Source of the DNA: Somniosus microcephalus | Taxonomy: Eukaryota | NCBI GenBank assembly: GCA_052327205.1 | Contig: CM126206.1 | Coordinates: 315,518,001-315,582,000, forward strand | Reading direction: 5' to 3' | DNA: 64,000 nt | In this document: positions 35,828-47,377 of the stretch, one piece after another | Layout: each line of letters opens with the position of its first letter | Numbering within the stretch: the stretch's first letter is position 1 | Position numbers and translations under genes: made by a program | The notes under the pieces: generated by a model | The model's database searches: none | Told to the model about the DNA's origin: nothing | The model's input: the letters and a program-made list of their open reading frames with translations, nothing else

Positions 35828-36442
35828 TATAGAAACATAGAAGATAGGAGCAGGAGTAGGCCATTCGGCCCCTCGAGCCTGCTCCGCCATTCAATAAGAT
35901 CATGGCTGATCATCCAAATTCAGTACCCTGTTCCTGCCTTCTCTCCATATCCCTTTAGCCTTAAGAAATATATCTAACTCCTTCTTGAATATATTTAATG
36001 AATTGGCCTCTACTGCCTTCTGTGGTAGAGAATTCCACAGGTTCACCACTCTCTCTGGGTGAAGAAATTCCTCCTCATCTCTGTCCTAAATGGCTTACCC
36101 CTTATCCTTAGACTGTGACCCCTGGTTCTGGACTCCCTGACCATTGGGAACATCCTTCCAGCATCTAGTCTGTCTAGTCCTGTTAGAATTTTATAAGTTT
36201 CGATGAGATCCCCTCTCATTCTTCTAAACTCCAGCGAGTACAAGCCCAATCGATCCAATCTCTCCTCGTGCGTCATTCCTGCCATCCCAGGTATCAGCCT
36301 GGTGAATCTTCGCTGCACTCCTTCCTTGGCAAGAACATCCTTCCTCAGATAAGGCGACCAAAACTGCACACAATACTCAAGGTGTGGTCTCACCAAGGCC
36401 CTGTACAACTGCAGCAAGACATCCTTGTTCCTGTACTCATAG
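35828..36442 (-). mobile_element. CR1-like LINE 3' fragment
   Basis: YRNKDVLLQLYRALVRPHLEYCVQFWSPY; same subfamily as 54073-56050. Confidence 0.9.
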
Positions 36443-36595
36443 TCATGGATTAAAAGGTAGAAGATGGTCACAATATTTGAGCTCGACAAGACTAGTGCAC
36501 ATGATTTATATCCACGTGTTTTAATCTGAAAGTAGATGAATTAGATCACGCGATCGTTGTGGATGAAGAACGCTCTCCTCAGTTCACTGACCCAG

Positions 36596-36988
36596 AGGTC
36601 AGCTTGCTTAGTGCTAGCACTCTTGTTTCTGTCAAAGTTGTGCATTCAAGCCCCAGAAACTTGACCCCCCCCCCCCCCTAATCCAGGCTGAGGGAGTGTT
36701 TGCACTGTCGGAGGTGCGGTCTTTTGGATGAGATTTAAAAGCTCCCATGGCACTATTTGAAGAGCAGAGAAGTTTATCCAGTATTCTGGGCAATATTTCG
36801 CCCTCGACTGAGATCACAAACAGATTATCTGGTCATTATTTCAAAACTGTGAGACCTTGCTGTGTGCAAATTGGGTGCCGTGTTTCCCTTGATTACAGCA
36901 GTGACTACACTTCAAAAGTATTTAATTGGCTGTAAAGCTCTTTGCGACGCCCTGAGGTTGTGAAAGGCGCTATATAAATGCAAGTTCT
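36596..36988 (+). mobile_element. Degenerate Deu-domain SINE
   Basis: tgcactgtcggaggtgcggtcttttggatgaga core and ggcgctatataaatgcaagt tail. Confidence 0.75.
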
Positions 36989-36999
36989 TAAAGACCCCA

Positions 37000-37740
37000 T
37001 TTTCAGCATCCAATTGTTTAAGATTGCAAGGCTTTTGCCTTCTGCTCTTCCTGTAAATCGATTCTCTGCATTGTTCACTCTTCATACAACAAAGTTGTTC
37101 TTGGTGTCGGTCCTAAATTTGCCATTTACTAGTCTGAATCTGTGTTCTCTTCTCGCTGTTTAACTCAAAATAATAGCCTGGGTTTAATTTTTTATGTTCC
37201 CTTTCCTCACAATTCAGACACTCTGCTTTTCTCTGCACTGCCGACAGCGCTTAAATGTCTCCCTTGTATCTCGGCGACCAGGGCTGGACACTACTTGAGA
37301 TGCAGTCTGACCAGAGCATTATATGGTTTGGTCACCACTTCTTTTGACTTGTATTCTAACCATGTAGTTCAACATTCTATTGGCTTTGTTGATCGCTGCG
37401 CTACATTGGTTGGACATGTTGAGCGTCAAGTCCATTACGACTCTAATTCAACTTCATCTGTGGATACTTCAGCACTTACTTGTGTTCCTTATTTTTCCTT
37501 AAAATGTGCAGCACTTTGCACTCGTCTGCAGCAAATTTCATCTGCAGTTTTTCTGCCCACTTATTTTATCCAAGTTGTTCTGTAATTTCGGAGCTGCCTC
37601 CTCTGGTTCCACTGCCTGTTATCGTTTGGTCTAGTTTGCAAATTTGACTACTTTGCATTTGAGTTTCTGAATCCAGGTCATTTATGTAAGTTAGAAAACA
37701 GTAGTCCAAACCCTGAGTCCTGGGGCACCCTGTTCAGTGC
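37000..37740 (-). mobile_element. Old CR1-like RT fragment
   Basis: Degenerate reverse similarity to CR1 RT (ggggcaccctg, tttgcaaatt, tctgaccagagcattata). Confidence 0.5.
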
Positions 37741-37899
37741 TCTTCTTTCCCTCCTCCCCACACTGACATAACTTTACCACCCCCCCCCCCCCCCCCCCAC
37801 CACACTGACACAACTCCCAGTGATGGGCGATTCTGTAACTGGAGTCACGTGTGTATGGACATCAGCTGCAGGAACCTACAAAACAGACTTGCTGTTGTA

Positions 37900-38410
37900 A
37901 AATGGTAAACAGAATTTTGGTTTTGTGTAGAAGCATGGAATACAAAAGTAAGGGAGGGTAATGTTGAACTTGTACAAGACCTGTTTCCAGGGATGATACG
38001 GTAATGAACAGGGCCGTGGGGCTTTTCCCTGTGGAGCTGGAGAGGTTTAAGGATCGACCTGATGGATGTCTTTGAGATAATGACTAATTATATTCAGTTA
38101 AATAGTGATAAATTGTCAGCAAGGCAGTAACAAGAGGGCACAAATCTAAGATAATTACAAAGAATTAAAGGGGCGGTTAGGAAAAAAAATTCTTCACCCA
38201 ACCAGTGGCTAAATGTGGAAATCTCTGCCACAATCTGTTGTTGAAGCTGAGTCATAAATTCTTTTAAGGAAATTAGTTAGATGCTTGAAGAGGAATATTA
38301 AAGAGTATGCGGAGCGAGAGAGTGAAAGATTAGACTTTGGAAAGAGAAATATTGGTGCAGACTCATTGGGCTGACAGGCCTGTTTCTGTGCTGTTGACGG
38401 TCTATGATTT
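37900..38410 (+). mobile_element. Old CR1-like 3' fragment
   Basis: gaatacaaaagtaaggg...ttgtacaagac and ttcttcaccca...gtggaa. Confidence 0.6.
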
Positions 38411-38462
38411 TTGTATTGCATTTGTACCCTTAATCACAACACTTTTTAAAAATGTTTTGAAG

Positions 38463-38534
38463 GTCATGCGGACTGATCTCTCGATGTGTACTGTGAGAAA
38501 AACACACCAGGAGCTGCAGGAGTTTTTAACGAAA
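38463..38534 (+). CDS. ZCCHC2: ZCCHC2 coding exon 4
   Basis: ttttgaag/ ... AAA/GTAAGT; 72 nt; [24 protein letters not shown] resembles recalled [24 protein letters not shown]. Confidence 0.92.
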
Positions 38535-40199
38535 GTAAGTTTTTACTGACTCAAATTTCAAATCTGCAGGGAGGTGGGGGCGAGAAGAATTGAAGAAATA
38601 AGATTCATAGACAACTGCCCACTGTTCCTAATGTAACACGCTCTTATTGTTCACGCCATCAATTTTAACTTGCGTAAAAGTGGAACAATTATCGCGTGGT
38701 AACATCTTAACTTCTGTCCTGCTAGATATTTGTGTGTGTGAGGTGCTTGTGTTGTAATGCTTGACCAGCATTATCCATCTTCTGATTCTGGATTTTCACT
38801 AAATTTTACAAAAACTCTGCTAATCTAGGCTCTTAGTTCTATGGGTGCGAAGTGAGCTGATTAAAATCCATATCTATGTTTAAGTTCCTCATTCAAGATG
38901 ATTCCCTAGGAGGGGGATAGGGATGTAATTTTGAATCGAGGCAGTTCCTTGATTCTTGGTGATGACTGCTCCCTACTGTTGATCATGGATTGAATTCACT
39001 TCATTGCAGCAGTGGGTGGCCTGGTGCAGGAGCATATGCTCCTTGTCACGATGCTTGGTTGAGAGTTTCTGTCTCCTCCAGACATTGGGACTAATGTACT
39101 GCTGATGTCCTTTCAGATTTGTGAAGAACTGTTTGGTGAGCAAGTTAAAGAACTGAGAACTGTGGGCAGAGCAGTACACACCTTCAGTGGTATCCCCTGT
39201 ATGGCACAGAAGGGCATATTCAATGCCGGTAGGCATGAGTGGCCCATCTGCAGGCTAAAACGGAACAAATAACCCTTTTGTGATCCTTTGAGACTAATGC
39301 AATCCATGATCCCCAAGATAGAGCTCTACAAGGTTGGAGACTCCTTGCCGTTAATAACTAAATATAGAATGAAACCTTTTTATGGTTTCCCTGCCTCGAG
39401 CATCTGAAGTGCTTGATCAGGACAGCCATCGAAAGGTTTCATTGTACATTGAGTTTCACAGGAATTGTGCATTCAGGTCACCTATGGAGTCCTGATTACA
39501 CATCCATTGAGAGATTAAAAAGTTGCTGTGCTTCATTATCTCGATTGATGGTTCTAGTTCATTTGAGGATGGAGCAGATTATATTCTTTCTTTTGTAGTC
39601 TCCAACAAATTAGGTGAGGAGGTGGCAAAGAGAGAGAGGTTCTTCCTTATCCTTGATCTCTGGCAATTAAATGGACTTCTGAAAAGTTAAAAGTTCAGGA
39701 GTTGTGCTTTGTGTGTTGAACAATGTGTGCTTCCACATTGCCATTTGGCTTTGACCCAGAATATTTGAAGTCCACCTTTCCCCTTAAAAGTTACGAATAC
39801 ACGGTCCTTTTCCATAGCCTTTTGGCCTCCCAAAGTGTTCACGGAATGTCTTTCCATTGTTGGAATATATTGGTGTTTGTAGCACGTGTACATCCATTTG
39901 TATTTAGAGGATTGGCCTGTCAAAGTTTCTCAAGCCTGCCTAAGCAGCTGTGCCAGTGGGTCCGATCTCTACCTTTTCAAGGATTCTGGTTTATTGTCGA
40001 TTTTGATGGGAGAAGTTCCTGCCCACAGTTCTCCAGGAGTTCTTCAGTTCTCCAAGCAGCTCTTTACAATTCGAAGGAAGGCAGTATGTTAGTCCTCAAT
40101 TAATTCTCAACCAAGCATCGTCTACAAGAAGCTTTGTAGTTGGAGCCAAAGTAGAGCCTAATATTCATTGATTCCTGTTTTCAGATGCTTAGAAGAGCC

Positions 40200-40538
40200 T
40201 TTTTTTTATTCATTCACGGGATGTGGACAAGGCCAGCATTTATTGCCCTTGAGGTGGTGATGAGCCGCCTTATACAACTGAGTGGCTTGCTAGGCAATTT
40301 CAGAGGGCAGTTAAGAGTCAACCACTTTGTTGTGGGTCTGGTGTCACATAGGGTAAAGACAGCAGATTTCCTTCCCTAAAGGGCCAGATGGGTTTTTACG
40401 ACAATCCGGTAGTTACTGATAGCTTTTTATTCCAGATTTATTTAATTAATTTACATTTAAATTCCCTGTGGTGGGATTTGAACTCATGCCTCCGGATCAT
40501 TAATCTAGGCCAATAACAATCACCATGCTACCGTACCC
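40200..40538 (-). mobile_element. tRNA-derived SINE, same family as 33038-33528
   Basis: Reverse reads gggtacggtagcatgg...gagttcaaatcccaccac...gggcaataaatgctggcctt. Confidence 0.8.
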
Positions 40539-42222
40539 TTATGCCATTTGGCTGTTTGCCATGTTTCAGAGTATGGGGTCCTTTTTTGGGGGTGGAAGAA
40601 ACTGGACCTTGGCCAGATCCTAACTCTGTTCATTCTAATGGTGGCAGGTGTCTTTGAGATTGAACAGCTCGGTGAATTGCAGGCATTGGCTCACTGAACA
40701 ACCTAGCTTAATTGATGGTCCTTGCGTGCCATCCTGAATTCCTAGTTAGTGGTTTTATACCAGTAGAAGACTTGCTTTCTATCCTCCCCATAACTGGTCA
40801 GGTTTCACACCCATTTGATGCTTGTAGTGCAATTTAAAAAAAATTGCAAGTACCATCAGCTGCTGCCTGCGGTCCACTTTTTATTAAATTCTAATTAAAA
40901 ATGAATGAAATCGATTTTAGAGTGGAGTCCTCGCTGTTTATCACAGGAGTTAGGGAAACACCATAACTATTCAAAGGACACTGCTGCTTATCTTTGTCTT
41001 GAGCAAGGTTCAGAAAAGGATTGATTACATAATATCTGACTTAGCTTGGTACAGCAACCTTACTTGATCAAGTGGGCCTGGGTTGCTCTCGCTATTGCAG
41101 TTGCACTCTCTCGTATCACCAGTGGAGAATGTACAGGAGAGATCATTCACCCTGGTGGGTAATTTTGTTTCCTGTCTGTCTCCACATGGCAAACAGCATG
41201 TCCCACCAAACTGTCTAGTCAGTCGCACTTGGAGTTGTCTTTCTGTTCTTATTTTTGTCTGTCTCTTTCTTTCTCCCACTTTGTCTGTCTGTGTGTCTCT
41301 CTCTCTCTCAATAGAGAAAACTAGCCAGAGAATCCTGTTTCTGTTTTTTTAATGATGCAAATGAGGCCCTGTTTGTTAACCAAAATGCTCCGGATAAAGT
41401 CTGAATGGATTCAAAATGTCCTGCAGTTGCAAATTTTTTGAAAGTACTAACTGTATTGTACATGTGAGGATCATGGTGCCATGAAGATCTACACGTTAAC
41501 ATAACTTCCTGTAGCCACCAGTTTATAGCAGAAATTGACAGGTTGCTACAAGGATGACTAATATGGAAAGTACAAGTATTACGCTGGCATTGTAGGAAGG
41601 AGTGCTTTTTCCTAAATTGGCATATTGCTATAAAGAGGATGAGAGGGATTTTTTGTGGCTCAATTTGAATTCTGTTAAACTGGGTGGCTGTTTCTTGCAG
41701 GAGTCTGTTTTCCAAAATGACTCTTGCTTACCGCTGTTTATTCTTTCGAGAAGCATTTTTCTCTGCAATGTGAAAAAAGCAGCATGTCCACACAGACATG
41801 ACCTTCAGAATCAGGCCGTAAAAGGCTTTCTTTGGCCTCAACACTCTTGCCAAGAAGAAACTGTATTAAGTGTTTGAGTCTGATGCAGTTTCCTTTTGAG
41901 CTGGTCTGATTCTTTCTGGACTTGGTCCCTGAAGGATTGTGTGCAATTATATTGCTGCTCGTGAAGTGGGGAATAAAAATGGGTACTGAATAAAGCTACA
42001 AGCAGTCCTTAACTGGAAAATCTGGTTGTGCATATTAGCAACCAAGCAGACTTTGGGCTTGTAATGGAAACTACCAGTTAACATAAACGTCACCATTCCC
42101 TAGTTAGGATGTTTTTGAGCTTGGTTGTGATTCCAGTGATGGGTTGAATTAATTGTGCATGACCAAGTCCCCAACCTTGGTATTGAGATTTTAAAACACT
42201 ATTCTGCTGTTTCCTTGTACAG

Positions 42223-42335
42223 CTTCCTAAGGATCTTTCCATTGATGCTTCTGGGAAGACGGCATTGCGGGCACTAAGTCACGGTTCGCAGACAAGGGAA
42301 GACAGGCGGCACTCCAATTTGGAGTCAATCATAAG
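42223..42335 (+). CDS. ZCCHC2: ZCCHC2 coding exon 5
   Basis: ttccttgtacag/ ... AG/GTAACC; 113 nt; LPKDLSIDASGKTALRALSHGSQTREDRRHSNLESIIR. Confidence 0.92.
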
Positions 42336-43469
42336 GTAACCATTGGGCACAAGAATTAGAAGTACCAGTGGAGCTACAGTGCTGATCTCCCCTCTGTTTA
42401 TAGAACATTCCCCGCTGCTGTTCACCTGGCCGTGCATGCCTACCTAAAGCCACGGTTAATTGGCTACTCCAGTACAGTACTTAATCATTGCAAATAAAAC
42501 TTAATTCAGGCAGGTGGAAGGGAAACCTTACTGTTTTCAAATGGTGTATTTGCTTGTGCTTTGCAATAATTTTCTCTTCTGCGCCCCCCCCCCCCCCCCA
42601 AAAAAAAAACCCTGGGAATACATTTGTATTTGAATTACTGTTTACACTAGTTCAATACTTTGAATTGTGAACATAGGAACAGGAGCAGGCTATTTAGCCC
42701 CTCGAGCCTGTTCCGCCAATCAGTGAGATCAAGGCTGATGTGTGACCTAACTCCAGTTCTATGGTATTGGCTTCTAAGATTGTGCTTGCAGCAGAATCTG
42801 TTTGGATCTAGCTTGCCATGAATTTGTCCTTTCAAAGAGGCAGATTTTGAGTTCTTTCTGTTGAGAGAGTGTCCGGGAAATACATTTCCATCCTTCATAT
42901 GCTCAGTCGCTTACCATACATGCATATCTTTTTATATGCAACTACAGTGCGTTGGGGTTTTAAGTAAGCGTCTCCTCCTACTCTCACGGCCAGTTTTGAT
43001 CCCCGCTGGACTGAATGGTAAACTTTATTTTTCAAATTTGCCCCCTCATGCGAGAAATGCTGTATTCTTTTGCTATGTTGATTTTTGTTTCCTGCCAGTC
43101 CTCTCGCTAAACGTCATTTTGAAAATCTTTCCCCCCCGCCCCCCCTGCCTTCCACCACATCCACTGCAATGCTGTCCGCTTGCCTGATTCAATTTATGTT
43201 TCGTAATACTCTGAATTTGCACTGTTCCAATTTTTATTTTTGCTCCATGTGTCATATCCGTGCTGTCGGGAATTAAATCACTGACCTGTGCTGTTTCAAG
43301 CCAGTTGCTGAACTGGAATGTGGCCCTTTCACGGTGGGTGGGGGGGGAGATCTGTAGCTCTTCACTTTTGTGTTATGGTAAGAGCGGAGTTCTTGGTGTG
43401 AGCTGCACCTTTATGGATATGTTGCCTCCAACATTCCCTCTAAGCGGCACGGCCGTGCAGCTGTCTGCA

Positions 43470-46400
43470 TGATCTGCAAATTTGCAGATGATAGTAAGAT
43501 CTGTGTGAGTGTTAGGCCTGTAGATGATGCTTGTCTGCTTCAGGCGGATCGTAATGTGACATTGGGCTCATGACGGGTGTATAACTTGAATAAATGCAGT
43601 GTTATGTATGTGGGCAAGGCGAATGCTCAACATTCATACACCCTTCAGGGAAAAGCATTAAAGAAAGTGGAGATAGCTAGATTTGGGCATTCTAATGCAT
43701 ACATCTCTAAAGGTACATCTGCAATGCTGGCTTGAAACAGCAGTCAGTGATTTAATTCCCGACAGCATGGATATGACACATGGAGCAAATAGGGTGTTGG
43801 GGTATATCCATGGGACAATTGAGTACAAGATGAGGCATGCTATTTTGTCCTTGTACAAGACCTTGGTCAGACCGCACTTGACCAGTTTTGGTCGTCTCAC
43901 ATGGGTGACACTGAGGCTTTGGAAAAGATGTACAGCGGTTGGTGCTGTTCCTGCATTTCTCTTGTAATTGACGTGTGGTGAAGATCATGTCCATTGTGCC
44001 CCTTAGTGGGCGGAATCCACATTGCGACTCTGGGAGGAGCTCTTCGGCCACTGGGAGAAGGCGATTGAGGAGGATTCTTGCGATGACTTTCCCTGTGGCA
44101 GACAGCAGGGAAACTCCTCTAATTACTGCAATCGGACTTGTCACCTTTCTTGAAGATGGTCACAATTACGGCATCGCTGAGATCCCCTGGCATACTCTCC
44201 TCCTTCCAGATAAGAGAGATGAGTTCATGAATTCGCGCCAGTAGTGCTTCTCCATCCACCATGCTTTAGTGCCTCGGCGGGGATTCCATCTGCTCCTGAG
44301 GCCTTGTTGTTCTTCCGTTGTCGGATGGCCTTTTCAACCTCATGCTGGGCTGGGGTTGTGCTGAGATTGTGGCGGGTAGCATGCTGCAGGATGGAGTTGA
44401 GGACACTTGTGTCGAAGACAGAGTCGCAGTTAAGGAGATCTTCGAAGTGCTCCTTCCAGCGGGCACTGACTGCCTCTGTCCTTGGAGTACCTCTCCGTTC
44501 TTGGCCCGCAGAGGGGTAGGGCCTTGGGTGCTTGGGCTGTAGATGGTCTTGACTGCGCTAAAGAATCCACGCACGTCGTGGTTGTCGGCTAGCTGCTGGA
44601 TCTCCTGCGCTTTCTCCACCCACCATCTGTTCTTTAGGTTGCGAGTTTTTTGTTGGACTTTGGCCTTCAGGCTTCTGTAGAGCTGCTTTCTTGCTCTCGA
44701 GTGGCTGAAGAGTTCCTCCCAGAGTCGCAATGCGGATTCCGCCCACTAAGGGGCGCAATGAACATGATCTTCACCGCACATCAATTACAAGAGAAATGCA
44801 GGGAACCGCACCAACCGCTGTACATGGCTGCCTTTGATCTCACAAAGGCCTTCGACACTGTCAACCGTGAGGGATTATGGAGTGTCCTCTTCAAATTCGG
44901 CTGCCCTCAAAGGTTTGTCACCATCCTCCGTCTGCTTCACGACGACATGCAAGCCGTGATCCTGACCAACGGATCCACCACAGACCCAATTCACGTACGA
45001 ACTGGGGTCAAGCAAGGCTGTGTCATCGCACCAACGTTCTTCTCAATCTTCCTTGCTGCAATGCTCCATCTCTCCCTCAGTAAGCGCCCCGCTGGAGTGG
45101 AGCTAATTTACAAACGGGAAACTGTTCAACCTCCGTCACCTCCAGTCCAGATCCAAGGTCGTCCCATCCTCTGTCGTCGAATTACAGTATGCAGACGACG
45201 CTTGCGTCTGCGCTCACTCGGCAGTCGAACTCCAAACCATTGTCAACACCATCACCGAAGTGTACGAGAGCATGGGCCTTACACTAAACATCCGTATGGC
45301 AAAGGTCCTCTACCAACCTGCCCCCGCCACACAGTACTGCCCCCCGATGATCAAAATCCACGACAAGGCCTTGGACAACATGGACCACTTTCCATACCTC
45401 TGGAGCCTACAGTCAACAAGGGCAGACGTCGACGACGAAGTCCAACACCGCCTTCAGTGTGCCAGTGCAGCCTTCGGTCGCCTGAGGAAGAGTGTTTGAA
45501 GACCAGGACCTCAAACCCAGCACTAAGCTCATGGTCTACAGAGCAACAGTGATACCCGCCCTGCTGTATGCCTCCGACATGGACCATGTACAGCAGGCAC
45601 CTCAAATCACTGGAGAGGTACTACCAACGCTGCCTCCGCAAGATCCTGCAAATCCATTGGCAGGATAGGTGCACAAATGTCAGTGTTGCTCAGGCCAACA
45701 TCCCCAGCATCGAAGCTTTGACCACGCTCGATCAGCTCTGATGGATGGGTCACATTGTGTCCGCATGCCCGATACGAGACTCCCAAAACAAGCGCTCTAC
45801 TCGGAGCTCCGGCACGACAAGAGAGCCCCAGGTGGGCAGAGGAAACGCTTCAAGGACACCCTCAAAGCCTCCTTGGAAAAAGTGTAACAGCCTCACCGAC
45901 ACCTGGGAATCCCTGGCCCAAGACCACACAAAGTGGAGGAGAAGCATCCGGGAAGGCGCCGAACACCTCGAGTCTCTTCGCCAGGAGCAAGCGGAAGCCA
46001 AGCGCAGGCAGCGCAAGGAGCGCACGTCAACCCAAGCATCCCACCCACCCGCCCCTTCAACCACCGTCTGCCCCACCTGTGACAGAGACTGTAGGTCCCG
46101 CATTGGACTCATCAGTCAGTCACCTGGGAACTCATTCTTAATGTGGAAGCAAGTCATCCTTGGCTCCGAGGGACTGCCGAAGAAGAAGAAGAAATGATGT
46201 AGAGGGCCACTAGACGAATCCCCAGTTCAAAGCATCGTAGTTATCAAGATAGGCTAAAAAGAGTTGGGACTCAAGTGTAGACTTGGCGGTGGGCGAGAGG
46301 AAGGGATCTGATTGAGGTTTATAACATAATGAAGAGATTAGATTGTATTCCAGTTGACCGTTTGTTCCAATTAAATGGGTTAGGGAGGACCAGGAGTCAC

Positions 46401-46810
46401 AAATTTAAGTTGTATAAGGCCAGATCTGGGTTAGATGTCAGGAGGTGGTTCTTTTCCTAGAGAATTCCTTCAAGCGAGAGCTGGACCTGTTTCTGGCTGG
46501 GGCGTAAATCACCTCTTACAAAAGGTAGACACTGCAGGGAATTCCTAGCCAGTGAGATCTTCTGGACTAGTTTTGATTGCCTAGATGGGTTGGAGAGGAA
46601 TTTCCCAGATTTCCGTTCCCCCCCCCCCCCCCCCCCCCCCCCAAATATTGGCCTGGATTTTTAATGTTTTTTTCACCTCTCCCGGGAGATCCCATGGTTT
46701 TGGGTGGGTTGGAGAGTGTAGATATTGTGGTACACGAGGTATCGCCATTGTGTGCGACAGGCTGGGATGGACCAGAGGGTCTTTACCTGTTGTCATTGTT
46801 CGTATGTTCA
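43470..46810 (+). mobile_element. Old CR1-like fragment split by the RTE insertion
   Basis: KFADD at about 43478 and LYKTLVRPHL on the left; the element resumes at about 46200 (agagggccactaga...). Confidence 0.7.
43933..46195 (+). mobile_element. RTE-clade LINE with inverted 5' segment (about 43933-44700 on -, 44701-46195 on +)
   Basis: LPESQCGFR, FDLTKAFDTVNR, GVKQGCVIAP, YADD, C-terminal CPTC..CRSRIGL and (GAA)n tail; possible TSD GATGTA at 43927 and 46196. Confidence 0.9.
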
Positions 46811-47377
46811 TACCTCATTTCTTTTTGGAATTCTATTTCTGTGTTCTCTTTCCCTGCCCCCCCCCCCCCCTTCCTTTATCTAGATTTTGCATTGCTTTCT
46901 TGCCCTTGTTCATCTGCCATTTCTCTTCTATCTTGAGCCTTACCTTTCTGCTCTTGCATACTGATTAAGCCTGTCTAGATTTTTTCTGTTTGGTTTTCCT
47001 TGTACTTCATTCTGATGATTGGCATCAACCTTTCCAGCACTTCAATTTCAGCAGCGGCCCTTCACGTGACTTTAGAATTTTACTTGTTGCTACTTTTCAG
47101 TGGCATGTGTTAAAATTAATGATGGCCATTTTGCAGCCCCCCGCTTTCTGTTTGCCTCTCATCGGCTGCCCCTTATTCCATATTTGGCCCGAAACTCTTC
47201 CCAAGGTGACTTGGCTTCCTTTCTGGGCTGGTTGACATGCAGGGTTCTTTGCCCAAGAGACGAGTCTCTTGCTATAGGTCTACTTTCTTGGATACTAGGA
47301 GCATCCCAGCCTCCAGAATATCGATCTATCATGTCGCCCCAAAGGAGAATAAATAAATATTTCAGTTAACGGAAGCA

